Below, one piece after another: positions 39,755 through 53,769 of a DNA stretch of 64,000 nt. Each line of letters starts with the position of its first letter. Within the stretch, counting starts at the first letter, position 1. The DNA comes from an uncultured Gemmatimonadales bacterium. Its GTDB lineage: Bacteria > Gemmatimonadota > Gemmatimonadetes > Gemmatimonadales > GWC2-71-9. The translations under genes were made by a program, and so were the position numbers. The stretch covers positions 32,001 through 96,000 of the forward strand of contig CAWJIM010000024.1 in NCBI GenBank assembly GCA_963842945.1, read 5' to 3'. A model generated the notes under the pieces. It was not told where the DNA came from. It worked only from the letters and a program-made list of their open reading frames with translations, and made no database searches.

Positions 39755-40705
39755 GTCGCCTCCGCCTTGAACCAGTTCACCAGCTCCCGCAGGCCGTCAT
39801 CGAAAGCATACTCCGGCGTCCAGCCCAGGACCTTCTTGGCCTTGCTCACGTCCAGCGCGCTTCGGAAAAGCTCGCCGGCTCGAGGCGGAGCAAACTCCAT
39901 TCGCGGTTTCTTCTGACCCATGACCTCTCCAACCGACTGGGCCAGCTCGAGCACGCTGCGCTGCCGTGAGGTGGCGATGTTGAAGGCAGGGGTGTCGAAC
40001 GAGGTGCCCTGAGGCGTCGGCACGGTGCTGGCCAGGACGTTGGCCCGGGCCACATCCTTCACGAACACGTAATCCCGGGTCTGTTTCCCATCCCCGAACA
40101 CAACGAGAGGTTCGCCGGCGAGGAGCCGGGACACGAAGATCGAAACGACTCCGGCCTCCGACTTGGGATCTTGCCTGGGGCCGAACACGTTGGCGTAGCG
40201 CATGGCGATCCCTTCGAACCCGCGAAGGGCCGCCAGAGCCCGCAGGTAGTACTCGCCCGAGAGCTTGCTCACGCCATAGGGAGAGATCGGGAGCTTGGGG
40301 GCGGTTTCCGGAGTGGGAATGACCTCTGGGTCCCCATAGACCACGCCGCCGCTGCTCGCAAAGATGAACCGCCTCACGCCGCCTTCGCCCGCGCCCTCGA
40401 GCAGATTGACCAACCCTACCACGTTGATCTCGCTGTCGAACGCCGGCCGATCGACCGAGACCCTGACATCGATCTGCGCCGCATGATGGTTGATCACATC
40501 GAAGCGACCGGTGGCGATGGTGCGTCGCGCCTCTGGCGAGCGGATATCGGCGCGCACGAAGCGGGCGCCCTTAGGAACGTTCTCTCTCCTGACCCCTGGA
40601 GAGATCGTCCAGCACCACAACCTCCCAGCCTCCGGCGAGATACCCTTCCGCAATATGGGATCCGATGAAGCCTGCCCCACCCGTTACCAATACCCGGCCA
40701 CTCAT
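39751..40705 (-). CDS. NAD-dependent epimerase/dehydratase, GalE-like (frameshift near 40590)
   Basis: True N-terminus [17 protein letters not shown] lies in another frame; YGVSK and [10 protein letters not shown] motifs follow. Confidence 0.88.
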
Positions 40706-40792
40706 GCTTCACGTCTCCGCATTCCGTCTCTCCACAGGTGAGGGGGTCACTGCCGGTCGCTGAACGCCCCGCAATATAGAACTGGGGTCTGG

Positions 40793-40957
40793 GCGGGGAA
40801 GCGGCGGGGGCGGCCGGAATGCAGGGAAGCGGGATGGCGGGGAAAGCCGACAGCGGTGCTGCATCCTAGCGCACAACCGGAAAAGAGAAGGGACCGAAAC
40901 CTTACGGTTTCGATCCCTGTTGTATTTGTCGTGCTGTTCTCTTCCCTGCTTGCCGCC
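40793..40957. repeat. Octamer-family arms around the LysM-gene terminator
   Basis: GCGGGGAA...GCAGGGAA GCGGGATG GCGGGGAA on the left; CTTCCCTGC TTGCCGC beside the stop codon. Confidence 0.6.
40881..40918 (-). terminator. Intrinsic terminator after the LysM gene
   Basis: Minus strand reads AGGGATCGAAACC-GTAA-GGTTTCGGTCCCT-TCTCTTTT. Confidence 0.85.
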
Positions 40958-42246
40958 TTACTGCGGCAGCTTGGCCACCTGCATGACATCGGTGCCGGCC
41001 GGGATATCGGGAGAGACGACGTTGAGCAGCACGCCGGTAGCGGTGTGATCGCGCACGTGCACGATCTGCATCGTTGCCATCAACTCATTGACGCGGATCA
41101 GTCCGTCGGAGGTGCGACCGGGCCGGCGGCGCATCTCGAAGATATCGCCCGCGGAAACGCCGTCCTGCCGACCCTTGTTGATGAACACCACCATCTGGGG
41201 CTCCTTGAGGTCCTGGCGCCCCAAACCGCCGATGAACGTCCCGCGTACTCCGTCGGACACCGGGATAGCCCGAGTGCCGGATCCGGGATTAAAGCTCTCG
41301 AGCGGCAGGGTGCGCTGGCCATTGCGGATGGGCCCATAGGTCGAAACGATCTTCCCGACGTAGTGCTCGTCGACGGCCTGGGTGACCACCGCGACTCCGG
41401 TCGGGACAATCACGCGTCCGTAAGAGTCGATCTCTCCCCCACCTGCAGCAGCAGCAGGCTGTCACCCACTGCGTAGGTGGCGCCTGAGGGAGCCTCGAGG
41501 GAGATGCTGGTGAAGGGCAGCGCGTTGGCCCGACTGTTCACCGCCTTGATCTGCTGCGGAGTAACCGGACCGAGCACGCGCCCATAGGGAAGCCGCTGGT
41601 TCTCGGTCAGAAATCCCGACGAATAGAACTCACTCCGCCGGAGCGGACGATAAGCCTGGTGAGTATAGGCCTTGAGAATTTCCGATACCTTCCGCGGCTT
41701 GCGCTCGGGGAAGAGTAGGCCCGGCTCGGCTTCGGATTCGGCCATGGAGGGCTGCTGGGGTCCGCGGGCCAGGGCGTCGGTGGAATCTGCTCCGCTGCCC
41801 CTCGCGCTGTCGGCCACGAGGCTGCTGGAATCACCCTCGACCTGAGGCACGGGCGTATCCATGGTGGGAACGGCGGCCACGTTGTCGACCGGAGCGATAC
41901 GCAGGATCTCTCCGGGGTAAATCCAATGCGGATCCTCAACCACATCCGTGTTCAGCCGATAGATACCGGGCCATAGGAAGGGATCGCGGAGATAGTGCTG
42001 CGCCAGATCCCATAGAGTATCGCCCTTGCGGACGGTGTGAGTCTGAGGAAGCGGTTCCGTACGGAGGCTGTCCCCTGTTGCCAGTGACCTCGCGGCTGGA
42101 GCCGCGGAGTCACGGGCGACCGCTGCGGAGTCTTGTGCCATGCCGACCGTAGCCGGCGCCATCATGCCCAGCGCGGTCAGCCACCCGAACAGGGGCATTC
42201 GGCGTGCTGAGCGCCGGTTCGACTGGCGGGAACAGTTGCGCGGCAT
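40958..42246 (-). CDS. Exported LysM protein, TsaP-like (frameshift at 41436-41440)
   Basis: Signal peptide; HTVRKGDTLWDLA..YLRDPFLWP..EDPHWIYPG; C-terminal FINKGRQDGVSAGD. Adding one base gives EIDSYGRVIVPTG. Confidence 0.8.
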
Positions 42247-42457
42247 GCGAATCTCCCAGCGGTATCGCTGTGTGGTGAAGGAAACGGGTAGCCGAACGCG
42301 AAGCTTCGCGGTCCGAAGCGCAAATTCAACGCCACTCGAGGACCACATCAACTGGACTGTCTAAGTTGTTGACGCGCTTTAGGCTTGGTCTGGTTACTTC
42401 AAGTTGATACTTGCCTGCCGAACTCTGGCGATCGGCGGAAGGACTGGCAACTCCCCA

Positions 42458-42539
42458 GCGGGGAAGCAGGGATGCTGGGAAGCGGGGAGGAACGCCGTTT
42501 GCCTACTTCCCCGCCCCCACTCTTCCCCCGCCTACCCGC
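42458..42539. repeat. Inverted octamer arrays immediately after the ssb stop
   Basis: GCGGGGAA GCAGGGAT GCTGGGAA GCGGGGAG, spacer, TTCCCCGC CCCCACTC TTCCCCCGC CTACCCGC. Confidence 0.8.
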
Positions 42540-43013
42540 TCAAAACGGTAGATCGTCGTCTTCGGCGTCGAGCGCTTCCGGAAAGTCGTCGAAGCCTTCC
42601 TTGCCTTTTGGCGCCGCTGCCCCCGCCGCCGCCACCTTGGGTGCGGAGAACGCCTCCGCGCCATCCCCCCGAGCGGACAGCAGGATGAGCTCACGTCCGT
42701 TGATTTCGGTGGTGTACCGGGTCTGTCCCTCGCGGTCCTGCCACGAGCGGTATTCGATGCTACCCTCGACGTACACCTTGTCTCCCTTTTTGCAGAAGCG
42801 CTCGGCGATGTCGGCCAGGGTGGAGAACTTGGTGTTCCAGAACACCACCCGGTGCCACTCCGTCTTTTCCTGCTTCTCACCAGCCTGGTTCTTCCATTGA
42901 CGGCTGGTGGCGATCGAGAGGGTGGCGACCCGTGAGCCGTTGGCAGTGCTGCGAACTTCCGGATCAGCCCCGAGATTCCCGATCAAAATGGCCTTGTTCA
43001 GACTGCGACTCAC
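42540..43013 (-). CDS. ssb: Single-stranded DNA-binding protein
   Basis: LNKAILIGNLGADPE, TEWHRVV and DDDLPF tail; GGAGG RBS before the GTG. Confidence 0.98.
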   Translation of the reverse strand: MSRSLNKAILIGNLGADPEVRSTANGSRVATLSIATSRQWKNQAGEKQEKTEWHRVVFWNTKFSTLADIAERFCKKGDKVYVEGSIEYRSWQDREGQTRYTTEINGRELILLSARGDGAEAFSAPKVAAAGAAAPKGKEGFDDFPEALDAEDDDLPF

Positions 43014-43116
43014 AGGCACCTCCAAGGTTCAACAGTAAGGTCCGACGAAGCGGTCTGGGGATAATATAGGCCTGGGCCGAACCGCTTCAACCAAAGTCCC
43101 GCCCGGGATGCTGTTT

Positions 43117-43575
43117 TCACGCGTGTTGTTCGAGGGGAAGCCACAGCACCAGGGCGTCCTCTCTGGGGTTGCGATAGTACGCGGCGCGTTGTCCGACCGG
43201 ACGAAATCCGGAACTCAAGTACAGCGCTTGCGCTGACTGGTTGGATTCCCGGACCTCCAGATAGACCTCCTCGACCCGCCGCTTGCGAAAAAAGCCCAGC
43301 GCCGAGCGCAATAAGGCGCGGGCCACTCCGCGGCGGCGAAAGTCCGGAGCGACCGCAAGGTTGAGCACCTCACCAGTGCCCGCCACTTCCCTGCCGATCA
43401 GGTACCCGGCGACGCCCCGCCCGTTCTGCGCCACCAGGCCGAAAGTCCAGGGAGACTCCAGCGCCTCGCGAAAGCTGGCTTCACTCCAGGGATCGCTGAA
43501 GCACCGGCGCTCGATCGCGACGAGCGGTGCTGAATCAGCCGGGACTGCCGACCGAATCCGGTAAGGGTCGTCCAT
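43117..43575 (-). CDS. rimI: Ribosomal-protein alanine N-acetyltransferase
   Basis: CFSDPWS, NLAVAPDFRRRG, LEVRESN and YY..PREDA motifs. Confidence 0.92.
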   Translation of the reverse strand: MDDPYRIRSAVPADSAPLVAIERRCFSDPWSEASFREALESPWTFGLVAQNGRGVAGYLIGREVAGTGEVLNLAVAPDFRRRGVARALLRSALGFFRKRRVEEVYLEVRESNQSAQALYLSSGFRPVGQRAAYYRNPREDALVLWLPLEQHA

Positions 43576-44257
43576 GAACACTCTCCCAACGAGCCTGCGC
43601 TTCGGCCGGACGGCCATACACCGGCTCCCATTGCCCCACCGCATGCACCTCGCGCGCTCCGCCCCGAAGCCCCACCAGATCCAGCAGCCGCGCCGCGTGC
43701 GGTAATCCCTCGGGGGGACCGATGACCGGCTTACCCGACCACCGCTCCAGCACCTCGATGAGCTGGGGCGGGCCCTCTCCCACCAGAATGTCCGGCTGCA
43801 TGCCCCAGGACACAATGTCCTCCGGCCGGCGAACCGATGGGACCAACTCGGTGCGGAGGCCATCTGAATCGAACCGGTACGCTGCCGCGTACACCTCTCC
43901 CCGCATTGCATTGGCCAATGCGAGAACCAGAGCGTGAGGCCGGGCCACCTGAGCCGCGCGCACCAGCAATGAGGGAGCGGTCCAGAGCGGGATCCGCCGC
44001 GTGTGGACCAGCGCCTTTGCCACCGAAGCTCCCACTCGGAGCCCGGTGAAGCTGCCCGGGCCATCGCTCAACACCACGCCCTCCAGCGCGTCCAGAGTGG
44101 ATCCCGAACGGCCGAGCAGACCTTGGATGATGGGAAGCAACGCAGTGGCATGGCGCCGGGCGCCCGGAAGATTCTGCTCCAACGCAGCCCTGCCTGACCC
44201 CGGTTTTCCCAGAGCGACCGAGGCGCGGTCGCTGGCCGTGTCCAGCGCCAGCCACAT
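43535..44257 (-). CDS. tsaB: tRNA t6A protein TsaB
   Basis: LALDTA and GPGSFTGLRVG motifs. Confidence 0.93.
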   Translation of the reverse strand: MWLALDTASDRASVALGKPGSGRAALEQNLPGARRHATALLPIIQGLLGRSGSTLDALEGVVLSDGPGSFTGLRVGASVAKALVHTRRIPLWTAPSLLVRAAQVARPHALVLALANAMRGEVYAAAYRFDSDGLRTELVPSVRRPEDIVSWGMQPDILVGEGPPQLIEVLERWSGKPVIGPPEGLPHAARLLDLVGLRGGAREVHAVGQWEPVYGRPAEAQARWESVHGRPLPDSVGSPG

Positions 44258-44667
44258 CAGAGAACCTCCAGTCTGCGGAGCTCCGGCTGAGAGACATGAG
44301 AGAGCCGGAACTTCCGGGTTGGCGCAGGCAACCATTCGCCGGCGCGCTCGGGCCACTCAACCAGAATGGCGTCGCCTTCGGTCAGCAGGCCTTCCCAGTC
44401 CAGATCGGCTGCCTCTTCCGGCGAGCGCAGGCGAAAGCAATCCAGGTGAAAGACCGGGCCCCGCGCGCCCTGGTACCGATGCACCAACGCGTAGGTGGGG
44501 CTGGTAGCGGGATGGGTGACCCCCAGGCCTCGGGTGACCGCCTTGATGAATGTGGTCTTCCCTGCACCGAGATCTCCTTCGAAACTGAGCACTTCACCGG
44601 GATCCAGGCGCCGCCCGAGCGCTTCGCCTTCGGCCTCGAGCTCCGCCAGGGTCAAGGACCGGCTCAT
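44257..44667 (-). CDS. tsaE: tRNA t6A ATPase TsaE
   Basis: [21 protein letters not shown] and VEWPE motifs. Confidence 0.96.
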   Translation of the reverse strand: MSRSLTLAELEAEGEALGRRLDPGEVLSFEGDLGAGKTTFIKAVTRGLGVTHPATSPTYALVHRYQGARGPVFHLDCFRLRSPEEAADLDWEGLLTEGDAILVEWPERAGEWLPAPTRKFRLSHVSQPELRRLEVL

Positions 44668-46706
44668 GCCCGGCGCCGCAGTCGCGCCGGTGCTCGCCGC
44701 ACGTCCGGCGCACCGGCAGCCTTGAGATCGTTCAATTGATCCCGCAGCATGGCGGCCAGCTCGAACTCGAGATTGGCCGCGGCCTCACGCATTTGGCGCT
44801 CCAGTGAGGTGATGGCTGCCGCACGCTTGGCCGGGTCGCGCAAGTCGATGCGTTCCTGCGCCGCCGCCTTGGGCTCTGGCCGCTCGGTGCGCGCGTCGGC
44901 TACGTGGGTTGAGAGCCGCACCTCCTCCATGCTCTTGACGATGGACACCGGCGTGATGCCGTGCTCCAGGTTGTAGGCCCGCTGAATGGCCCGGCGCCGA
45001 TCCATTTCCTCCAGCGCTCGTTGCATGGAGCCGGTGATTCGATCGGCATACAGCACCGCCCGGCCGTTGATGTGCCGCGCCGCGCGGCCGATAGTCTGCA
45101 CCAGGGAGCGGTCCGAGCGCAGGAAGCCCTCCTGGTCTGCGTCCAGAATGGCGACGAGTGACACCTCCGGAAGGTCCAGGCCCTCCCGCAGCAGATTGAT
45201 TCCGACCAGAACATCGAAGTCACCCAGCCGGAGGCCTCGAAGGATTTCCATTCGCTCGATAGCGTCGATATCGGAGTGGAGATACCGCACCCGCACCCCG
45301 GCCTGCTGCAGGTAGTCCGTGAGGTCCTCCGACATTCGCTTGGTCAGGGTGGTGACCAGGACCCGCTCGCCCCGGGTTTCCCGCAGCCGGATCTCCGCCA
45401 GCAGATCGTCCACCTGACCCCGCACCGGCCGGACGTCGACTTCGGGGTCGATCAGGCCGGTGGGACGGATGATCTGTTCCACCACGGCGCCCTGCGACAA
45501 CCGTAGCTCGTATTCTCCCGGTGTCGCCGAGAGACTGATCATCTGCGGCGCCAGCGACATGAACTCGTCGAACTGGAGCGGCCGGTTGTCCAGGGCGGAG
45601 GGGAGCCGGAACCCATACTCTACCAGGGTGAGCTTCCGGGCTCGGTCGCCGTTGTACATGCCGCCGATTTGAGGCAAGCTCACGTGGGACTCGTCCACCA
45701 CCACCAGAAAATCGGGCGGGAAGTAATCGATGAGACAGGCAGGCCGTTCTCCTTCCCTGCGGCCGGTGAGATGGCGGGAATAATTCTCGATTCCGGCGCA
45801 GGTGCCCACCTCGAGCAGCATCTCGATATCGAAGGTGGTGCGCGACTCCAGCCGCTGGGCCTCGAGCAGCTTGCCGGCACTCTTCAGCTCATTGAGTCGA
45901 ACCGCCAGCTCTTCTCGTATCGCCTTGACCGCTCGCTCGATGGTGGGCCGCTGCGTGACAAAGTGCTTGGCCGGATAGATGGCGCACTGGTTGAGCTGAA
46001 CTATGGTTTCGCCGGTGAGAGGATTGATTTTGCTGATCCGCTCCACCTCGTCTCCCCACAGCTCGACCCGGATGGCCTGCTCGGCGTAGGCGGGAAAGAT
46101 CTCGATCGAGTCGCCCCGGACCCGGAAGGTTCCCTGCTCGAAGGCCACGTCGTTGCGCCCGTACTGGATGCGCACCAGCTCGGACAGGATGGCATCGCGC
46201 CCCCGGTGCTCCCCCTGCTGGACCGTGACCATGAGCTTGCGGTATTCAGCCGGGTCGCCCAGGCCGTAGATGGCGCTCACCGTGCCCACGATAACCACGT
46301 CCTCCCGCTCCATCAGGCTGGAGGTGGCCCTCAGCCGCAGACTCTCGATGTCCTGGTTGATCGAGGCGTCCTTCTCGATGTACACATCGGTAGCCGGGAC
46401 GTACGCTTCCGGCTGGTAGTAGTCGTAATAGGAGACGAAATACTCTACCGCGTTTCGAGGCAGAAACTGACGCAGCTCTCCGTAGAGCTGGGCGGCCAGT
46501 GTCTTGTTGTGGGACATCACCAGCGTGGGCTTGCCGTAGTTGGCGATGGTGTGCGCCAGGGTCATCGTCTTACCCGACCCCGTGACGCCCAGCAGGGTCT
46601 GGTACTTGTCTCCTCGGCGGAGACCTTCGGTCAGCTCACGGATGGCCTTGGGCTGGTCGCCGGCAGGCTGAAAGGGGGCGACCACCTCGAAACGGGGACT
46701 GCTCAT
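44664..46706 (-). CDS. uvrB: Excinuclease ABC subunit B
   Basis: [25 protein letters not shown] and [10 protein letters not shown] motifs. Confidence 0.99.
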   Translation of the reverse strand: MSSPRFEVVAPFQPAGDQPKAIRELTEGLRRGDKYQTLLGVTGSGKTMTLAHTIANYGKPTLVMSHNKTLAAQLYGELRQFLPRNAVEYFVSYYDYYQPEAYVPATDVYIEKDASINQDIESLRLRATSSLMEREDVVIVGTVSAIYGLGDPAEYRKLMVTVQQGEHRGRDAILSELVRIQYGRNDVAFEQGTFRVRGDSIEIFPAYAEQAIRVELWGDEVERISKINPLTGETIVQLNQCAIYPAKHFVTQRPTIERAVKAIREELAVRLNELKSAGKLLEAQRLESRTTFDIEMLLEVGTCAGIENYSRHLTGRREGERPACLIDYFPPDFLVVVDESHVSLPQIGGMYNGDRARKLTLVEYGFRLPSALDNRPLQFDEFMSLAPQMISLSATPGEYELRLSQGAVVEQIIRPTGLIDPEVDVRPVRGQVDDLLAEIRLRETRGERVLVTTLTKRMSEDLTDYLQQAGVRVRYLHSDIDAIERMEILRGLRLGDFDVLVGINLLREGLDLPEVSLVAILDADQEGFLRSDRSLVQTIGRAARHINGRAVLYADRITGSMQRALEEMDRRRAIQRAYNLEHGITPVSIVKSMEEVRLSTHVADARTERPEPKAAAQERIDLRDPAKRAAAITSLERQMREAAANLEFELAAMLRDQLNDLKAAGAPDVRRAPARLRRRA

Positions 46707-47158
46707 CGCTGGAATATATACTGCCGGGATTTCTTCGGGGAGGGCCCTATTTCAGCCCACCCATGCATGAGCAGGCGCTTCCACTGGGGTTCCGGCACCG
46801 GGATGACCGATAGTCTCGGCTGCCGGACCAGCGCGAGATCGGCGAAAGCGGGATCGGATTTGATCGAGGCCAGGGTAACGGGCTGGGGCAGCCGGCCGTC
46901 GGCTTTCACCTCGACCACGGTCAGCTTTCCGTCCGGATGCTTGGGATCGGGATAGGGCTCACTTACCACCCGCGCCAGCCCCACAATTTCCTTGTTGGCC
47001 CCCGAGTGATAGATCATCAGCGGGTCGCCTGGAGCCATGCTCCGGATGTGCCGGAGAGCCACCGGGTTGCTCACGCCATCCCACACCGCGTGCTGCTCTC
47101 GTTCCAGCTGCTCGAAGGGGTATACCTCCGAGTCGGTCTTGAGAATCCAGCGGTTCAA
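46703..47158 (-). CDS. EVE domain protein (true stop may be 46747 if one extra base near 46766 is an error)
   Basis: WILKT, WDGVSN, YHSG, YPDP and LVRQPRLSV motifs. An alternative frame ends MGGLK*. Confidence 0.88.
   Translation of the reverse strand: MNRWILKTDSEVYPFEQLEREQHAVWDGVSNPVALRHIRSMAPGDPLMIYHSGANKEIVGLARVVSEPYPDPKHPDGKLTVVEVKADGRLPQPVTLASIKSDPAFADLALVRQPRLSVIPVPEPQWKRLLMHGWAEIGPSPKKSRQYIFQR
46713..46718 (-). promoter_or_regulatory. Putative -10 box (TATATT) 6 nt upstream of the uvrB ATG, leaderless type
   Basis: Minus strand reads TATATT-CCAGCG-ATG; no SD. Confidence 0.6.
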
Positions 47159-49314
47159 GCGGGCGGCGCCTCGCGCCGCTCGATTTCAGTCACGCCTTTC
47201 ACCTTCCGCACCGCCTTCATCACCTTGCCCAGATGAGGGAGGTTGTCCACTTCGACAAAGATGGTGCCGAAGACCGATCCGTCTCGAGTATGCAGGTCGG
47301 CTCCCCGGATGTTGGTGCCGGTTTGACTGATCGCTTCCATGATGTCGGCGTACAGACCTCGACGATCTTCCCCGGTAACAGCAAGCCGTACCGCGAATGC
47401 TTCTCCGGCCGTTTCCTGCCAGTCGATGTCTACCCGGCGTTCGTCCGCGGCCAGGGTGAGCAGGTTGGGACAGTCGGAGCGGTGAATCGAGATACCTCGA
47501 CCCTGGGTGACGTAGCCGACCACCGAGTCGCCGGGGACGGGCTGGCAGCACTGGGCGTACCGAACCATGAGCCCGTCGACGCCCTGGATCTTGATGCCCC
47601 GGCCCAACCGGATCCGGTCGATGACCCGGCCGAAGACCGTGGGTTTGGGCTCCTGCATCTCATCGGTGGGCACGTCCGGATAGAGGGCGCGGATCACCTG
47701 GCCGATTGGCACGTCTCCCCGGCCCACGGCGATCTCCAGGCCCCGTCCGTCCGCCAGCGAAAGTGTGTGCGCCGCCTTGGCCAGACGCTCATCGTCCGGC
47801 AGGTTCAGCCGGCGCCGCCGGACCTCGCGGGCCAGGATTTCCTTTCCCAGCGCGAGGCTGACCGTCTCCTCCTCGTGGTTGACCCACTGTTTGATCTTGT
47901 GGCGGGCGCGGGCGGTGCGAACGTGGCTCAGCCAGTCCCGGCTGGGTTTGGCGGTGGCGCTGGTGAGAATCTCCACGGTATCGCCGCTCTTGAGCTCCCG
48001 GTGCAGCGGCGCGATCCGGCCGTTGACTTTAGCGCCCTGGCACTTGAGGCCCACCTCGGTGTGCACGTGAAAGGCGAAGTCGATCGGGGTGGAACCCTTG
48101 GGCAACCGCTTCACGTCTCCATGCGGCGTGAAGATGAAGATCTCATCCTGATAGAGGTCGATCTTCAGGAACTCGAGGAACTCCTCGGGACTGTGGGTGT
48201 CCTGCTGCAGCTCGAGAAGCTGGCGGAACCAGCCCAGGTGCTGGTCCAGTTCGTCCCGACTGCCGTCGCGCTTGTACACCCAGTGGGCGGCAATGCCGTA
48301 TTCGGCCGTGCGGTGCATGTCATGAGTGCGGATCTGCACCTCGAACAGCTGGCCGCCCGGACCGAAGATGGTGGTGTGCAGCGACTGGTACGCGTTGGAC
48401 TTGGGGCTGGCGATGTAGTCCTTGATCCGCTCCTGGATCGGGGTCCAGTTGTGATGAATGATTCCCAGCACATGATAGCAATCGGGCACGGTGCGCACGA
48501 GCACCCGGACCGCCATGAGATCGTAAATCTCGTCGAACGCCTTGCCCCGCTTTTTCATCTTCTGGAAGATCGACCAGAGATGTTTGGGCCGGCCGGTGAC
48601 CTCGAACCACTCGATCCCGGCTTCCCGTAGCTCGTGATCGAGCGGCGTCTTGAGCTTGAGGATGGTCTGTTCCCGAGCCGCTCGCTTGGCCGCGACTTGC
48701 AGGGCGAGCTCCCGATAATCGTCCGGCTCGAGAAACTTGAACGCCAGATCTTCCAGCTCGGCCTTGATGCCTGCCATGCCGAAGCGGTGGGCCAGCGGGG
48801 CGTAGATCTCTCTCGTTTCCAACGCAATGCGGGCGCGCCGCTCGGGCGGGAGATGCTCCAGCGTCCGCATGTTGTGCAGCCGATCGCCCAGCTTGATGAT
48901 GATGACCCGGGCGTCTTTGGCGATGGACAGCAAGAGCTTGCGGTAGTTCTCGACCTGCTCCTCGGCTGACGAATGAAACGTCAGGCTGGAGATTTTGGTG
49001 AGACCATCCACGATGCCGGCGACTTCCGGGCCGAACTCCCGGGCAATGTCCTCCGTCCGAACGTCCGAGTCCTCAACCACATCGTGCAGCAGCGCGGCAG
49101 CGATGGTAGTGCTGTCGAGCAGCTGCTCGGCCAGGATGAGGGCGACGGCGATAGTGTGGGAGACGAAATCTTCCCCCGACATTCGCTTCTGGCCCCGGTG
49201 CGCGGTGGCGCTGAAGCGCAACGCCCGCTCCACCAGCTCGAGGTCCAGACGATCGGCGTGCTTCTCCAGCACGGCCCGAAGATCCGGAGCCAGATCGGGG
49301 AGTGTTCCAGTCAT
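47155..49314 (-). CDS. rel: Bifunctional (p)ppGpp synthetase/hydrolase (Rel/SpoT)
   Basis: HDVVED hydrolase motif, RIKDY..PK.N.YQSLHT, TGS, CC.PVPGD and ACT domain. Start MTGTLP overlaps the radC stop. Confidence 0.96.
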   Translation of the reverse strand: MTGTLPDLAPDLRAVLEKHADRLDLELVERALRFSATAHRGQKRMSGEDFVSHTIAVALILAEQLLDSTTIAAALLHDVVEDSDVRTEDIAREFGPEVAGIVDGLTKISSLTFHSSAEEQVENYRKLLLSIAKDARVIIIKLGDRLHNMRTLEHLPPERRARIALETREIYAPLAHRFGMAGIKAELEDLAFKFLEPDDYRELALQVAAKRAAREQTILKLKTPLDHELREAGIEWFEVTGRPKHLWSIFQKMKKRGKAFDEIYDLMAVRVLVRTVPDCYHVLGIIHHNWTPIQERIKDYIASPKSNAYQSLHTTIFGPGGQLFEVQIRTHDMHRTAEYGIAAHWVYKRDGSRDELDQHLGWFRQLLELQQDTHSPEEFLEFLKIDLYQDEIFIFTPHGDVKRLPKGSTPIDFAFHVHTEVGLKCQGAKVNGRIAPLHRELKSGDTVEILTSATAKPSRDWLSHVRTARARHKIKQWVNHEEETVSLALGKEILAREVRRRRLNLPDDERLAKAAHTLSLADGRGLEIAVGRGDVPIGQVIRALYPDVPTDEMQEPKPTVFGRVIDRIRLGRGIKIQGVDGLMVRYAQCCQPVPGDSVVGYVTQGRGISIHRSDCPNLLTLAADERRVDIDWQETAGEAFAVRLAVTGEDRRGLYADIMEAISQTGTNIRGADLHTRDGSVFGTIFVEVDNLPHLGKVMKAVRKVKGVTEIERREAPPA

Positions 49315-49994
49315 AGCAGGCCAGCGGTTGCAAAACTCACGTATCGATCTCCCGCGATGATCACGTGATCGTACAGAGGCAGGTCGAGCAGCCGGCCCGC
49401 CGAGCACAACTGTTTGGTGGCCGCCCGGTCTTCCGCCGAAGGGGTGGGATCGCCACTGGGATGATTGTGGACCACGATGATTCCGGCGGCAGCTTCGGCT
49501 ATGGCCGCCCGGAACACCTCACGCGGATGCACCAGCGAGCTGTTGAGCAGGCCGCGGGTGATCAGCACCTCCCGAAGCACCTGACTTTGACTATCCAGTG
49601 CAAGAAGATGGAACTCTTCCACCTGCAGGTCCCGCAGACGAGGACCAAACAGGCGGAGCACGTCCTCGGGTTCCCGGATTCGCTGCACCCGGGGGCGCTC
49701 CTCCCGGGCCGCTCGGGCCCCCAGCTCAAAGGCTGCAATCAGCCGCCCCGCCTTGGTAGGACCGATTCCAGGCGAGCGAAGCAACTCTGCACTCGGCCGC
49801 TGGGCTAACCGCCGAAGCGAGCCATCACTGACCTCGAGTAGTTGCCGGGCCAGTTCCAGAACGTCCTGACCGCCTCCCCCTGTACCTAACACGATGGCAA
49901 GAAGTTCGGCGGTCGTCAACGCGGCGGGGCCCAGCGACCAGAGACGCTCCCGAGGCCGATCGGCCTCGGGGATGGTGGAAACCGGGAGAGCCAT
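49311..49994 (-). CDS. radC: RadC (JAB domain) protein
   Basis: RPRERL, VHPREVF, HNHPSGDPTPS and DHVII motifs. Confidence 0.95.
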   Translation of the reverse strand: MALPVSTIPEADRPRERLWSLGPAALTTAELLAIVLGTGGGGQDVLELARQLLEVSDGSLRRLAQRPSAELLRSPGIGPTKAGRLIAAFELGARAAREERPRVQRIREPEDVLRLFGPRLRDLQVEEFHLLALDSQSQVLREVLITRGLLNSSLVHPREVFRAAIAEAAAGIIVVHNHPSGDPTPSAEDRAATKQLCSAGRLLDLPLYDHVIIAGDRYVSFATAGLL

Positions 49995-50064
49995 CCGTCA
50001 GGATAGCCGGTCCGGCAGCTGGAATCATTGTCATTATCCTGCAGACACAGCAGAACTTACGCGA

Positions 50065-53189
<3,125 letters not shown>

Positions 53190-53193
<4 letters not shown>

Positions 53194-53762
53194 TCTGGGT
53201 CCAAATATAACTGGTGTCGAGCGATATACTCCGCCACCGAGTCGGGCACCCAGTAGCGAATCGACTGTCGGCGGGTGACTCGACGGCGAATTTCGGTAGC
53301 CGAGATATCCAGCGCGGGAACCGGAATGACCTGTGAGATCAGCGGGTTGGCCGGAATCGCCGATCCCGGCCGGGCAAAGACCACCACCCGTGCCAACTGG
53401 GGGATCCGCTCGGCCTGGTGCCAGGATGAAAGCTCCGCCGCCGCGTCGGCCCCCAGCAACAACACCAGCGCGGTCCTGGGATGACGCCGGCTGAGATCGT
53501 CCAGGGTGTGGACAGTATACGAGGGGGGTGGCCGGTCCAGTTCGCTCCGTTCCAGGCCAAAGCCGGGACAGCCGGCAAGGGCGAGCGACAGCATTGCGGT
53601 CCGGTGCTCGGGAGAGCTCCGGTGCTGCCCTCGCTTGAACGGTTGTTCGCGGGCCGGCACGAACTGGAGACTCTCCAGACCCAGCGTCTCCGAGGCAACC
53701 TGCCCCAGGATCAAATGTCCGTGATGTACGGGATCGAACGACCCGCCGAAGACACCGATCAT
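53190..53762 (-). CDS. nadD: Nicotinate-nucleotide adenylyltransferase
   Basis: GGSFDPVHHGH, SYT, GAD and ISATEIR motifs. Confidence 0.95.
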
Positions 53763-53769
53763 CCGGCGC

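Noticed and set aside
42250..42450. Possible ncRNA, riboswitch or IHF site upstream of the LysM gene
   Set aside because: I see only short hairpins and partial matches to WATCAANNNNTTR, with no family I can recognise. An Rfam/Infernal search would be needed.
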